Shown in pieces: positions 1-11,114 of a DNA stretch of 64,000 bases (positions are counted from its first letter, which is position 1; the number at the start of each line of letters is the position of its first letter). Under the pieces are notes generated by a model, which saw only the letters and a list, made by a program, of their open reading frames with translations, was not told where the DNA came from and did not search any database. A program made the translations under genes and the position numbers. The stretch is from Prochlorococcus sp. AG-355-A18 (lineage in GTDB: Bacteria; Cyanobacteriota; Cyanobacteriia; PCC-6307; Cyanobiaceae), in the NCBI GenBank assembly GCA_003280985.1, contig QCDH01000003.1, forward strand, positions 9,591 through 73,590, written 5' to 3'.

Positions 1-807
1 TGATCTCACGGCAAAGTCATCATCTCTTATTATTTTATGTCTTTGTCTTAATAAGTTAGTAATCTGAAATTTAGCGGCACTAGTTGCATTTTTATTTATC
101 GCTTCAACACTAATGAAGCTTAAACTTACTCCATATGTTGGGTCCTTCCCTGTAATCCTATTGACCATAGTGGTTAATGGTATATAAGCATTTTTGTCTT
201 GATTACTTCCAAATACAGCACCTTTTGGTTTTAATATTCCGATAATTTCATAAGTATGGTCTTTAATTCTGATTTTTTTTCCAAGTGATGAAGATTTATC
301 TTTGAAAAATTCCTCTTTAAGATCAGGACCTATTACAACATAACTTCTTGCACTATTAACATCACTTTGTGATAAAAATCTTCCCTTATCTACTTCAAAG
401 CTTCTTACTTCAAGAAATTCAGGAGTAACTCCGGCAATTGATATATTTAAACTTTTGGAATTTGATTGCACTATTTCGTTAGCAGAGATTTGAGGAGCTA
501 CTTTTTTAACTGTTGGTACTTGATTGCTTATTGCTACTGCATCTTCTAAAACTAGGTTTTTAGGAAATGAAATACCTCTTCTTCTTGTGTCATTATTTCC
601 GGGAACAATGAATAGAACATTGGCACCTAAATTACTTAATTGGTTTTTTGCTAATGTTTGAGCACCTCTACCAAGCCCAACAAGTGTAATAACTGAAGCA
701 TTTCCTATAATTATTCCCAGCATTGTTAACGAACTTCTCAATTTGTTCGAAACTAAAGTTTTTGTTGCCATACCTAAGGCTTCTTTTATTGAGATATTCC
801 TAGACAT
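1..807 (-). CDS. ABC transporter permease, MacB/FtsX family (runs off window start)
   Basis: Manual translation from CAT at 805-807: MSRNISIKEALGMATKTLVSNKLRSSLTMLGIIIGNASVITLVGLGRG..., the typical MacB-type N-terminus; overlaps the pyk stop. Confidence 0.88.
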   Translation of the reverse strand, partial: MSRNISIKEALGMATKTLVSNKLRSSLTMLGIIIGNASVITLVGLGRGAQTLAKNQLSNLGANVLFIVPGNNDTRRRGISFPKNLVLEDAVAISNQVPTVKKVAPQISANEIVQSNSKSLNISIAGVTPEFLEVRSFEVDKGRFLSQSDVNSARSYVVIGPDLKEEFFKDKSSSLGKKIRIKDHTYEIIGILKPKGAVFGSNQDKNAYIPLTTMVNRITGKDPTYGVSLSFISVEAINKNATSAAKFQITNLLRQRHKIIRDDDFAVRS

Positions 808-2593
808 ATTTATATTTATCTATTGCATCATCATCATCCTCAATTTGACCCATGTATATAACACCTTCATTAAGCTGGAGTGTAATAAGGTCGCCATTAC
901 TGATTTGATGATTATCCATATTTTCTAAATTACAAATTGTAGAAATCTTTTTATTATTTTTGTTAAACAAAGCATAAACATCATTTACATTTTGGTTCGT
1001 AACAATACCGGCAATATTTTTACTAAGTGGAATATTTTTCATTAATTCCTTCGGAACAAATAATATTTCTCCTGGGCAAATTAATGATAAATCAAGATTA
1101 TTTTTAATTATTCTTGCTTTACCTGTAACACCGATTTCCCCTATTGAAACTCCTCTTGATACAATCTTTCGTACTAAACCGACTTTTATCAAATCTGTAG
1201 AGCCGCTAATTCCAGTTAATGTGCCTGCTGTTTGTACTACTAAATCCCCTTGATTTAGTATCCCCATCTCCTGAGCAATTTGCATAGCTAAACTAAAAGT
1301 TTTTGCAGTTCTTTCATCATTTTTAACTACTATTGGAGTAACTCCCCAAACAAGTTGCAATCTTCTCGCTACACTTCTCTCTGTGGTAGTTGCCAAGATA
1401 GGTGTTGGTGGTCTGAACTTACTTACATTTCGAGCGGTAGAACCTGATTTTGTTAAAGGGATTATGGCTCCTGCTTCTAGTTGTCTAGCTATATTACTTA
1501 CTGCTGCACTAATAGCATTTGGGATCGTACTGGGTAAGTGGCTTTCAATAGCCTTAAGTGGATAATCCCTTTCAATTCTTCTTGCTATGGTTGCCATCGT
1601 TTCAACTGACTCTACAGGATAATCGCCAACTGCAGTTTCGTTGGAAAGCATTACAGCATCTGTACCATCGAGAATTGCATTCGCAACATCACTAACTTCG
1701 GCCCTAGTTGGTCTAGGGTTAGAAGCCATAGAATCAAGCATTTGGGTCGCTGTAATTATTGGTATACCTAATGAATTAGCTTTTCTTATTAATTCTTTTT
1801 GTAAAAGAGGAACTTCTTCAGCAGGCATTTCTACGCCCAAATCACCTCTTGCAACCATAACCCCATCACATAAGGGTAATACTGTATCGATCTGATCAAT
1901 TGCTTCAAATTTTTCTATTTTTGCGACTACAGGAGTTGAATGCCCATATTTGTTTATTAAATCTTTTATCTCATTTATATCGGATGGATTTCTAACGAAA
2001 CTTAGTGCTATCCAATCAACTCCTTCAGATAAACCGAATTTTAAATCCTCTTTATCTTTTTCTGTTAACGCTTTTACTGATAATTGAACATCTGGGAAAT
2101 TAACACCTTTATTGTTTGAAAGAACCCCTCCTACAGTTACCATGCACTTCAAAAGATTAGCCTGTGTATCTACTTTTTCTACTATCATTTCTATTTTTCC
2201 ATCATCTAAAAGTATTCTTTTCCCTTCACTAACTTCTTGAGAAAGTTTGTCGTAGGTTACATTTGCAATAGTATTTGTACATTCGACTTCATTTGATGTC
2301 AGTGTGAATTGATCGCCTTTTTTAACTTTTACTGGCCCATCTTTAAAGCGCCCTAATCGTATTTTAGGTCCTTGAAGATCTTGCAATATTCCAATATCTA
2401 TATCTAATTTTTTTGATACCTCCCTTATGGTTTTTATTCTTTCAGCATGATCTTTATGATCTCCATGTGAGAAATTTAATCTGAATGTTGTTACTCCAGC
2501 TTTAATTAAATCTGTAATTATCTCTTCAGATTGAGTGGCAGGACCAATAGTTGCTACTATTTTTGTTCTTCTTTTTAAATCAATATTCGACAT
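800..2593 (-). CDS. pyk: Pyruvate kinase with C-terminal extension
   Basis: RRTKIVATIGPA, RLNFSHG, VARGDLGVE, ATQMLDSM motifs. Confidence 0.98.
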   Translation of the reverse strand: MSNIDLKRRTKIVATIGPATQSEEIITDLIKAGVTTFRLNFSHGDHKDHAERIKTIREVSKKLDIDIGILQDLQGPKIRLGRFKDGPVKVKKGDQFTLTSNEVECTNTIANVTYDKLSQEVSEGKRILLDDGKIEMIVEKVDTQANLLKCMVTVGGVLSNNKGVNFPDVQLSVKALTEKDKEDLKFGLSEGVDWIALSFVRNPSDINEIKDLINKYGHSTPVVAKIEKFEAIDQIDTVLPLCDGVMVARGDLGVEMPAEEVPLLQKELIRKANSLGIPIITATQMLDSMASNPRPTRAEVSDVANAILDGTDAVMLSNETAVGDYPVESVETMATIARRIERDYPLKAIESHLPSTIPNAISAAVSNIARQLEAGAIIPLTKSGSTARNVSKFRPPTPILATTTERSVARRLQLVWGVTPIVVKNDERTAKTFSLAMQIAQEMGILNQGDLVVQTAGTLTGISGSTDLIKVGLVRKIVSRGVSIGEIGVTGKARIIKNNLDLSLICPGEILFVPKELMKNIPLSKNIAGIVTNQNVNDVYALFNKNNKKISTICNLENMDNHQISNGDLITLQLNEGVIYMGQIEDDDDAIDKYKYV

Positions 2594-2654
2594 ATATAGA
2601 TAATATTGCTAGATATAAATAAATTTACCATACCCAAAGTTAGTTATTTAAGTC

Positions 2655-2984
2655 ATGGATTTTAAAACTTATCAGATAAAAGCTAGAGAAACAGCACAAT
2701 ATCCAGATTTAGGCTCAAATAATATTTACCCAACTCTTGGTTTAGTTGGAGAGGCTGGTGAGGTGGCAGAAAAAGTGAAAAAGGTTATAAGAGATAAAAA
2801 TGGAATATTTGATAATGAATCAAAATTAGGTATTAAAAAAGAGTTAGGAGATGTATTGTGGTACATTTCAAATCTTTGTACAGAATTAGACTTTAATTTA
2901 GAGGATGTTGCATTACAAAACCTTGAAAAATTAAAATTAAGAGCCTCTAAAGGGAATATAAGAGGTTCTGGAGATGATAGATAA
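2655..2984 (+). CDS. MazG-like nucleoside triphosphate pyrophosphohydrolase
   Basis: LGLVGEAGEVAEKVKK...KELGDVLWY (EXXE..EXXD) motif. Confidence 0.9.
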   Translation: MDFKTYQIKARETAQYPDLGSNNIYPTLGLVGEAGEVAEKVKKVIRDKNGIFDNESKLGIKKELGDVLWYISNLCTELDFNLEDVALQNLEKLKLRASKGNIRGSGDDR

Positions 2985-2986
2985 AA

Positions 2987-3265
2987 TCAGCTATAACCTA
3001 AGCTGGCATACTGGAGGTTTGTAATTAGATTTTGAATAACATTTAAAAGTAAAAAAGCTAATAATGATGAAATATCAAATCCACCTATTGGAGGGATAAT
3101 ACCCCTAAAAATGTTTAAATAAGGATCTGTTATGGAAGTTAATGCAGATAAAACACCGTTACTCCAGTCAATACCTGGAAACCATGTAAGTAAAATTCTT
3201 ATTATCAATATAAAAGAGTAGATTGATAAAGTTTGGCCTAGAACTGCAAAAATCTCAGATAACAT
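2987..3265 (-). CDS. YggT/YlmG (Ycf19) membrane protein
   Basis: RILLTWFP...TDPYLNIFRGIIPPIGGFDIS motif. Confidence 0.9.
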   Translation of the reverse strand: MLSEIFAVLGQTLSIYSFILIIRILLTWFPGIDWSNGVLSALTSITDPYLNIFRGIIPPIGGFDISSLLAFLLLNVIQNLITNLQYASLGYS

Positions 3266-3296
3266 TATCTTTTCGTTATTTAATACATACTAACAT

Positions 3297-3833
3297 TTAC
3301 TTATTATTGCTGCTTCCTATATTTGAAAGGTATTCATTACTAACAGCAAAAGTTTGAAAAAACTTTTCTGATAATGATAACCAATATGATCTACCATCTT
3401 TTTGCTTCCGTTTGACAATAAATTTCTTTTCTAATAATTCTTTAATATGATCATAAGCTCCTGAACCTCGTAGAAGTATAAGATCCGATTGCAGGATCTT
3501 TTTTTTGATTGCAATAGTTGCCAATGTCCTTAATTCTGATGTTTTTAAATCAGAAGGAAGTAAATCATCTACGAATTCATTAAGACTTGATTTTAATTCG
3601 AGAGAAAAACTGTTATTAACTCCATTTAATTCAATAGCTGAGTTGGGATTAGAGTATTTATTTTTTAGATCTTTAATTGCATCATTTATTGAGTTGATAT
3701 CAGAATTAGTAATTTCTGAAAGATCCTTTTTTGATACGGGTCTGCCTTTCAAATATAGAACAGCTTCAACTTTAGTAACTAGATCTATATCAGATATTGG
3801 TGTGGTATTAAGATCAGATTGATTGATTTTTAT
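3297..3833 (-). CDS. scpB: SMC-Scp complex subunit ScpB (start uncertain)
   Basis: KVEAVLYLKGRPVS...LRTLATIAIKK...RGSGAYDHIKEL; the frame stays open upstream of the TTG at 3752, see findings. Confidence 0.88.
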   Translation of the reverse strand: MKINQSDLNTTPISDIDLVTKVEAVLYLKGRPVSKKDLSEITNSDINSINDAIKDLKNKYSNPNSAIELNGVNNSFSLELKSSLNEFVDDLLPSDLKTSELRTLATIAIKKKILQSDLILLRGSGAYDHIKELLEKKFIVKRKQKDGRSYWLSLSEKFFQTFAVSNEYLSNIGSSNNK

Positions 3834-3863
3834 TACCGAAATCTTTCCTAATTTACCTTAAAA

Positions 3864-5405
3864 TTAATCTGATGCACCAAGGAATAATTTATATGTATCG
3901 TTTTGAGTTTCATCCCAGAATTTATAGCCTAGAATTCTTACAAATTTATTCCACTCTAAAATTTCATTTCTATCTATTAGAACTCCAATAACAATTTTCC
4001 CGACATCAGCACCATAATTCCTGTAGTGAAATACGCTTATAGACCAGTTAGATTTCATATTATTTAGAAAGTTTATTAATGCGCCAGGCCTTTCAGGAAA
4101 CTCAAACCTGTATAAAAGCTCAACAAGGTTTCTATCATCCATTTCTTTAAAATTCTTTGGCAATCTGCCGCCTACCATATGTCTGAGATGATTTTTAGAT
4201 AATTCATCATCACTTATGTCAATAAATGAGTACTCCGAATTTCTAAATACATTTAAAAGGTTTTTTTTATCATTTAAACCATAGACTTGTACTCCTACAA
4301 AGATCTGGGCATTCTTAGAATTCGACATCCTATAGCTAAATTCAGTTAAATTTCTATTATCAAGTAACTTACAAAAATCAATTAAACTACCAGCACGTTC
4401 AGGAATTTCAACAGCCATCATTACTTCCTTACACTCTCCAAGTTCTGCTCTTTCTGCTACAAATCTAAGCCTCTCAAAATTCATATTTGCACCACATGCA
4501 ATCGCAACCATTTTTCTATTTGAATGATTCGAATTTAAAATGTCTTTTTTCATCCCTGCAATTGATAATGCTCCTGCAGGCTCAAGTATTGATCTAGTAT
4601 CCTCGAAAACATCTTTTATAGCAGCACATATTTCATCAGTATTAACCCTAATCATCTTATCTATATATTTTCTACCAATATCAAAAGTATTTTTACCAAT
4701 TTTTTTTACCGCCACTCCATCTGCAAATTGACCGATAGAGGATAATTCCACAATTTTTTCTTCTTCCAAAGATTTTGTCATTGCGTCAGCATCCTCTGGT
4801 TCTACACCAATTATTTTTACTTCTGGCCATATTTTTTTTACGTATACGGATATTCCTGATATCAATCCACCACCACCTACAGCAATATAAATTGCATAAG
4901 GTTTGTCCTTAAGCTGCTGTTCAAGTTCAATAGCTATAGTCCCTTGTCCTGCTATTACATCTGGATCATCAAAGGGATGAATAAAGCATAAATTTCTTTC
5001 ATGGCTAATTCTTATTGCCTCTTTGTAAGTCTCATCATAGTTGTCGCCATATAGTATAACTTTTGCTTTTAAATTTTTTACTGCATTAACTTTTACTAGA
5101 GGTGTAGTAATGGGCATTAATATGGTTGCTTGGCAATTTAACTTAAGGGCACTAAGTGCAACCCCTTGAGCATGATTTCCAGCACTTGAAGTAATTACTC
5201 CCTGAGCAAGCTGTAAATTAGTGAGCTTACTCATTTTGTTATATGCACCTCTTATTTTGAATGAAAATACATCTTGAAGATCTTCTCTTTTTAGAAAAAC
5301 TTCATTATTAAGTTTATTACTTAAATTATGAGCTTTCTCTAGTGGTGTTTTTTTTGCAACTTCATAGACTTCAGCTTGAAGTATTTTTTCAAAATAATCA
5401 TTCAT
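3864..5405 (-). CDS. ilvA: Threonine ammonia-lyase, biosynthetic
   Basis: FSFKIRGA PLP lysine, SAGNHAQG, C-terminal ACT-like regulatory repeats. Confidence 0.97.
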   Translation of the reverse strand: MNDYFEKILQAEVYEVAKKTPLEKAHNLSNKLNNEVFLKREDLQDVFSFKIRGAYNKMSKLTNLQLAQGVITSSAGNHAQGVALSALKLNCQATILMPITTPLVKVNAVKNLKAKVILYGDNYDETYKEAIRISHERNLCFIHPFDDPDVIAGQGTIAIELEQQLKDKPYAIYIAVGGGGLISGISVYVKKIWPEVKIIGVEPEDADAMTKSLEEEKIVELSSIGQFADGVAVKKIGKNTFDIGRKYIDKMIRVNTDEICAAIKDVFEDTRSILEPAGALSIAGMKKDILNSNHSNRKMVAIACGANMNFERLRFVAERAELGECKEVMMAVEIPERAGSLIDFCKLLDNRNLTEFSYRMSNSKNAQIFVGVQVYGLNDKKNLLNVFRNSEYSFIDISDDELSKNHLRHMVGGRLPKNFKEMDDRNLVELLYRFEFPERPGALINFLNNMKSNWSISVFHYRNYGADVGKIVIGVLIDRNEILEWNKFVRILGYKFWDETQNDTYKLFLGASD

Positions 5406-5521
5406 ATATATATTTTTAGCATTAATTATTAATCTAATAAAACATTACATGATCTATTTCAAAAAAAATACTCATTTTGCACCTCGGCGTTTTAGATTAT
5501 ATAGATGCCAATTTTTGTTAA

Positions 5522-7411
5522 ATGCTTTTAAGTGAGTTAAGTCATCCAAATCAACTTCATGGCTTAACAATTTCACAATTAGAGGAAATTGCTTGTCAAA
5601 TTAGAGAAAGACATCTTCAAGTAGTATCTACTAGTGGAGGACATCTTGGTCCTGGATTAGGTGTAGTTGAGTTGACGTTGGCTTTATATCAAACTCTTGA
5701 TCTTGATTTTGACAAAGTTGTTTGGGATGTAGGACATCAAGGTTACCCTCATAAATTAATTACAGGACGTTTCAGTCAATTTGATTCTTTAAGACAACAA
5801 AATGGAGTCGCTGGATATCTAAAAAGAAGTGAAAGTAAATTTGATCATTTTGGAGCTGGACATGCAAGTACTTCTATTTCCGCTGCTTTAGGAATGGCAA
5901 TAGCTAGAGATAGGAAAGGTGAAAATTATAAATGTGTTGCTGTTATTGGAGATGGAGCATTAACTGGAGGAATGGCATTAGAAGCTATAAATCATGCAGG
6001 TCACTTACCAAATACCCCTTTAGTTGTAGTATTAAACGATAATGATATGTCTATTTCACCTCCGGTTGGAGCCCTTTCATCTTACTTAAATAAGGTAAGA
6101 GTAAGTCCACCATTGCAATTTTTGTCCGATAGTGTTCAAGAAAGTGTTAAAAATATTCCCTTAATTGGTAAGGATATTCCAGAAGAACTAAAAAATATTA
6201 AAGGAAGCGTTAGACGACTATCTGTGCCTAAGGTTGGAGCTGTTTTTGAAGAACTTGGATTTACATATATGGGTCCAATTGAAGGTCATGATATTGATAA
6301 CTTAGTTAAGACTTTTAACGCTGCCCATAAACTTAAAAGACCTGTACTTGTTCATGTTGTCACAACAAAAGGTAAGGGTTACCCATATGCAGAAGCCGAT
6401 CAGGTCGGATATCATGCACAGTCTGCATTTGATCTTACAACTGGGAAATCTATTCCATCAAAGAAACCTAAGCCAGTTAGTTATAGTAAAATATTCGGTC
6501 AAACCTTATTGAAGATATGTGAGCAAGATAGCAAAGTTGTTGGTATTACAGCAGCAATGGCCACAGGGACTGGTTTAGATTTATTGCAAAAAAATATTCC
6601 AGATCAATATATCGATGTAGGAATAGCAGAACAACATGCAGTTACTCTTGCGGCAGGAATGTCTTGCGATGGTCTTAAACCTGTTGTAGCTATTTATAGT
6701 ACTTTTCTCCAACGTGCATTCGATCAATTAATTCATGATGTAGGGATACAAAATTTACCTGTATCGTTTGTTCTTGATAGAGCTGGGATAGTTGGGGCTG
6801 ACGGTCCTACTCATCAAGGTCAGTATGATATCAGTTATATGAGATCTATACCAAATTTTGTATTGATGGCACCAAAAGATGAGTCTGAATTACAGAGAAT
6901 GTTAATAACATCGATTAACCATAAGGGTCCTACTGCTCTAAGAATTCCTAGAGGTTCTGGATTAGGGGTGGCTGTAATGGATGAGGGTTGGGAACCTTTA
7001 AATATAGGCGAAGCTGAAATACTTGAAGAGGGAGAAGATATTTTAATTATTGCTTATGGATCAATGGTCGCATCAGCTATCGAAACAGCAAGGATTTTAG
7101 AAAATATGAACATTAATGCATGTATTGTTAATGCAAGATTTGTGAAACCTCTAGATAAAAGCCTTATTATGCCTTTAGCAAGTAGGATTCAAAAAGTTGT
7201 AACAATGGAAGAGGGAACCTTAATAGGTGGATTTGGTTCCGCAATAGTTGAATTACTTAACGATAATGAAATAAACATTCCGGTATACAGAATAGGTATA
7301 CCCGATGTTTTAGTTGATCATGCTTCACCTGATCAGAGTAAAGAAAAATTAGGACTTTTGCCTGATCAGATGGCAGATAAAATTGTCAAAAAATTTAATT
7401 TAAATAATTAA
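5522..7411 (+). CDS. dxs: 1-deoxy-D-xylulose-5-phosphate synthase
   Basis: [27 protein letters not shown] motif, [13 protein letters not shown]. Confidence 0.98.
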   Translation: MLLSELSHPNQLHGLTISQLEEIACQIRERHLQVVSTSGGHLGPGLGVVELTLALYQTLDLDFDKVVWDVGHQGYPHKLITGRFSQFDSLRQQNGVAGYLKRSESKFDHFGAGHASTSISAALGMAIARDRKGENYKCVAVIGDGALTGGMALEAINHAGHLPNTPLVVVLNDNDMSISPPVGALSSYLNKVRVSPPLQFLSDSVQESVKNIPLIGKDIPEELKNIKGSVRRLSVPKVGAVFEELGFTYMGPIEGHDIDNLVKTFNAAHKLKRPVLVHVVTTKGKGYPYAEADQVGYHAQSAFDLTTGKSIPSKKPKPVSYSKIFGQTLLKICEQDSKVVGITAAMATGTGLDLLQKNIPDQYIDVGIAEQHAVTLAAGMSCDGLKPVVAIYSTFLQRAFDQLIHDVGIQNLPVSFVLDRAGIVGADGPTHQGQYDISYMRSIPNFVLMAPKDESELQRMLITSINHKGPTALRIPRGSGLGVAVMDEGWEPLNIGEAEILEEGEDILIIAYGSMVASAIETARILENMNINACIVNARFVKPLDKSLIMPLASRIQKVVTMEEGTLIGGFGSAIVELLNDNEINIPVYRIGIPDVLVDHASPDQSKEKLGLLPDQMADKIVKKFNLNN

Positions 7412-7430
7412 AAATTTAATAAAATAAATT

Positions 7431-7694
7431 TTATAAAACACCACGTGAGGCTAATCCTAAGATTGCTCCAATTCCGAAAATATGACCTAGGCAATTTGCA
7501 CCTACAACTGATGCGTGACTTAAACCACCATAAAATTTTGAATTAGGTATTTCAAAACCTTCATTAGGTTTTCTTATAGTTGCTCTTGCAATTGCATAAG
7601 CAAAAACATTACATGCAATCATAACAACGGCGCACTTTGGTGACCATTCGAATGTTGCTGGAGCAGAAGCAGCTGCAAATAATGTAGTAAACAT
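7431..7694 (-). CDS. psaK: Photosystem I subunit PsaK
   Basis: WSPKCAVVMIACN...GHIFGIGAILGL, two TM helices. Confidence 0.92.
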   Translation of the reverse strand: MFTTLFAAASAPATFEWSPKCAVVMIACNVFAYAIARATIRKPNEGFEIPNSKFYGGLSHASVVGANCLGHIFGIGAILGLASRGVL

Positions 7695-7760
7695 AAAAAA
7701 TCGTTATTTTCATATATTCTCTAATACTTTTACCTAAAAAACACAAAATTGTAAAAGGTC

Positions 7761-8096
7761 TTAAGAGTTGTTTACTTCTAAGTTATTTAAAATTTTTAAG
7801 AAGCCCAGCAAAATAACTAAATCGCTTAGGGTTAAGAAAGATTCTGCTAAACCATGGAAGAAGTCAACCTCGACAAGTGTTTTGTTGTAGTAATTTAATG
7901 TATAGATAGAAACTACTATTGTTATAAAAACAAATAAAACTGTTAATGTATAACCTTTTTTTACTAAATTATTAACAGCTTTAATTTTATATAAGTAAAA
8001 CAAAAAAATTGCATATGGAAATATAGATGCTGCGAACAAAGCTGTATTGTCAATTGAAGCTAATTTTTCTATTAATTTTATAAATAAATCATTCAT
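7761..8096 (-). CDS. DUF3593-like membrane protein
   Basis: LFAASIFPY...VDFFHGLAESFLTLS pattern; paired with the DUF2499-like gene. Confidence 0.7.
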   Translation of the reverse strand: MNDLFIKLIEKLASIDNTALFAASIFPYAIFLFYLYKIKAVNNLVKKGYTLTVLFVFITIVVSIYTLNYYNKTLVEVDFFHGLAESFLTLSDLVILLGFLKILNNLEVNNS

Positions 8097-8391
8097 AAGT
8101 CTCTTTCTTTTTAAAAATGGTGAATGATGCTAGAGCTAATGTTGAATTTCCTATAAATGTAAATATCCCTTGAAGCGTTACTAGTCCATACAATGCATCT
8201 TGGTTATCATAGATATGCCAAGTTATAGCGCACATAGCTCCTATTAAGTTTGGGACCATAGCTAAGCTTAACCAAAAAAATAAATTATATTTTTTATATG
8301 TAGAAATTTTGTATATGACAAAGATGGTAAATATCCATTCAATTACTGAAGAGATATGAATTAACCAAGTTCCAAATGATAGCTCGTGCAA
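8089..8391 (-). CDS. DUF2499 (Ycf49-like) membrane protein
   Basis: LSFGTWLIHISSVIEW...MCAITWH motif. Confidence 0.75.
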   Translation of the reverse strand: MHELSFGTWLIHISSVIEWIFTIFVIYKISTYKKYNLFFWLSLAMVPNLIGAMCAITWHIYDNQDALYGLVTLQGIFTFIGNSTLALASFTIFKKKETYE

Positions 8392-8394
8392 AAT

Positions 8395-8928
8395 TTATAT
8401 TTTTTTCTTTAGTATATTAAGTACTTCCTTGGCATGGTTTATAGGTAAAACACTTATCCATCTATATGAAATTTCACCTTCCGGAGAAATCAAAAAAGTA
8501 TTTCTATCTGAAAATGGAGGAATCCAAGAACCATACTTATCGCTAACAATTCCTTCATGATCAGATAATAAAGTATAGTTTATGGATTTTTCGCTACAGA
8601 AACTTTCGTGAGAATCTTGATTATCAGCACTAATCCCAACAATTTCGGCATTATATTTTGAAAAATCCTTTTTTAATTCAGAAAAACCTTTTGCTTCAAG
8701 AGTGCACCCTGCGGTAAAGTCCTTTGGATAAAAATACATAACAAGCCACTTACCTTGAAAATCATTTAATTCCCATATTTTTTTGGATTTTATGTTTTTA
8801 TTAAAACCTTCTAGTTGAAAATTTGGAGCCAAATCTCCAATTTCTGGAGCAAAATCGAAAGCTATTGCTGAATTACAATTAATTAAAAGAATAAATGATA
8901 TTAATATACTTATAACTAAACTTCTCAT
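8395..8928 (-). CDS. Peroxiredoxin, BCP/PrxQ type, with signal peptide
   Basis: YFYPKDFTAGCTLEA motif; hydrophobic N-terminus. Confidence 0.92.
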   Translation of the reverse strand: MRSLVISILISFILLINCNSAIAFDFAPEIGDLAPNFQLEGFNKNIKSKKIWELNDFQGKWLVMYFYPKDFTAGCTLEAKGFSELKKDFSKYNAEIVGISADNQDSHESFCSEKSINYTLLSDHEGIVSDKYGSWIPPFSDRNTFLISPEGEISYRWISVLPINHAKEVLNILKKKI

Positions 8929-8933
8929 CAAAT

Positions 8934-9170
8934 TTAGATTTTTTTTAAATCAACTCCATTTGATTTAGCAAATTTATCTAATCCCACTTTTTGTATAGAT
9001 TTTAGTGCTTTGGTACTAATTTTTATATTTACCCATTTTTTTCCTTCTTCCCACCAAAGCCTCCTTTTTTGGAGATTAACTTGTTGCAATTTTTTTGTAC
9101 GAATATGTGAGTGACTTACAGCCATCCCATTATTAGCTTTTGCTCCAGTAAGTTCGCAAACTCTTGACAT
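8934..9170 (-). CDS. rpmB: 50S ribosomal protein L28
   Basis: MSRVCELTG...[10 protein letters not shown]. Confidence 0.97.
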   Translation of the reverse strand: MSRVCELTGAKANNGMAVSHSHIRTKKLQQVNLQKRRLWWEEGKKWVNIKISTKALKSIQKVGLDKFAKSNGVDLKKI

Positions 9171-9209
9171 ATTTTTTGGGTTAAATATGTAAAAATTCTA
9201 ACACACTAC

Positions 9210-11114
9210 TCAATTTGTTGAATTAAGCAATTCGGAAATTAAATCGGCGTTATTATTTTGTAAATTAATAATCTGTTCTTGATCTAATCCACCAACAGAT
9301 AGTTTAGCCATATCGTAAACATGATTTGCAATTTTTGAAACAAATGGATTTTCTATAGGGTCTTTTTTATCAATAATTATTTTATTGCCCGTAATTTTAT
9401 TAAGACCAACAATAAGAGGATGTTCCTTGTTAATTAGAAGCACATGATATTCAGGTAAGCCAGGCATCTTTTGTTCCATGTAAGCTCCCATATCATTAAT
9501 TCTTCTCATTTGCTCTGGAAGCAAGATCATCGCTGGTGGTGCACCTTTACTTGAAAGTGACTGAACTTTAACTGTTACTTTTTCGTTATTAAGTGCTTTT
9601 ACAATCGTATCTCTAAGATTTTCTGTATTTGATTTGCCATCCTTATCTACAATTTCTTTAGATTCTTTATCTTCAAGGTCATTTATTTCTGAATCAACTC
9701 TTTGAAACTGATAATCATCGTTTTTACTTTCTAACCAAGGAAGAAATTGTGCATCAATTAAGGGATCTGATTTAATAACTTCTTTGTTATCAGATAAGCA
9801 AATTTTTAATGCGCTTGACTGAGCAATCAAATCTGAGCAGTAAATTATTTTTTTAGTATCGGTTATGTTATTTCGTTCTTTGTAATTTGCCAGAGTTGTG
9901 AAATATTTATCATTGGATTTGATAAGAGTTTTATTTTCAACATCTTTAGTGACTTCTTTCTCAGAATTTATTATTGTTTCAAAAATTATACTGTTATCTA
10001 CTAATTCAGCAAATTTATCATCTTCGATCGCACCAATTTTAATAAAAGCAGAGATAGAATCCCAAATTTCTGCATAAAATTCTGGAGAATTTTTTATCAA
10101 ATCCTTCAGTTTATTGGCGATTTTTTTTGATATAAATGATGATATAGATCTTACTTTTCTATCTGTTTGTAACGCGCTTCTACTAACATTTAAAGGTATA
10201 TCTGTAGAGTCAATTACTCCTCTTAGAGGTAAAAGGTATTTGGGGACAATCTCTTTAATTGAATCGCTTACGAATACTTGATTACAAAATAGTTTTATTT
10301 CTCCCTTTTCCCAATCAGCTCTACCGGACAACTTTGGAAAATACAATATCCCTTGTATGTCATATGGATAATCTGTATTTAGATGAATCCATAACAGTGG
10401 ATCTCCTTGGAAAGGATAAAGGTATTTATATAACTCAATATAATCTTCATCTTTTAATTCACTTGGTTGTTTTCTCCAAGGAGGATTTTTCTTATTAATT
10501 GTTTCACCTTCCAATAAGACATCTATTGGCATAAAATCACAATATTTTTTTATTAATGATTTAATCCTTTCAGGCTCAATAAACTCTTTTTCTTCGTCAA
10601 GTAGGTGAAGTATTACATCTGTACCAATTGTCTCTCTTTCTGAGTCCTCTAACGTAAAATTTGGCGATCCATCACAAGACCATTTGAAAGCTTTTGATTC
10701 CCCAATTGCTGATTTAGTTAATATGTCAACTCTATCTGCAACCATGAAACTTGAATAAAAACCTAGTCCAAAATGACCTATGAATTCATCATTATCTTTT
10801 TTGTATTTTGTTAGGAATTCTTCAGCACTAGAAAATGCAACTTGATTTATGTACTTCTTGATTTCTTCATCATTCATTCCAATTCCATTATCGGAAATTG
10901 TTAACGTATTTTTCTCACGGTTAATTGTTATTTTTACTTGAGCCTCCTCATTATTATCGCAATCACCTGCCATAGAGGCCATTCTTCTTTTACTAATTGC
11001 GTCAACACCATTACTAACTAGTTCTCTTAAAAAGATTTCATGGTCAGAATATACTGCCTTCTTGATAATTGGGAAGATATTTTCGGTATTAATACGAATT
11101 TCACCTTTTTCCAT
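9210..11114 (-). CDS. htpG: Chaperone HtpG (Hsp90)
   Basis: FLRELVSN, DNGIGM, IGHFGLGFYS, LNVSRS. Confidence 0.98.
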   Translation of the reverse strand: MEKGEIRINTENIFPIIKKAVYSDHEIFLRELVSNGVDAISKRRMASMAGDCDNNEEAQVKITINREKNTLTISDNGIGMNDEEIKKYINQVAFSSAEEFLTKYKKDNDEFIGHFGLGFYSSFMVADRVDILTKSAIGESKAFKWSCDGSPNFTLEDSERETIGTDVILHLLDEEKEFIEPERIKSLIKKYCDFMPIDVLLEGETINKKNPPWRKQPSELKDEDYIELYKYLYPFQGDPLLWIHLNTDYPYDIQGILYFPKLSGRADWEKGEIKLFCNQVFVSDSIKEIVPKYLLPLRGVIDSTDIPLNVSRSALQTDRKVRSISSFISKKIANKLKDLIKNSPEFYAEIWDSISAFIKIGAIEDDKFAELVDNSIIFETIINSEKEVTKDVENKTLIKSNDKYFTTLANYKERNNITDTKKIIYCSDLIAQSSALKICLSDNKEVIKSDPLIDAQFLPWLESKNDDYQFQRVDSEINDLEDKESKEIVDKDGKSNTENLRDTIVKALNNEKVTVKVQSLSSKGAPPAMILLPEQMRRINDMGAYMEQKMPGLPEYHVLLINKEHPLIVGLNKITGNKIIIDKKDPIENPFVSKIANHVYDMAKLSVGGLDQEQIINLQNNNADLISELLNSTN

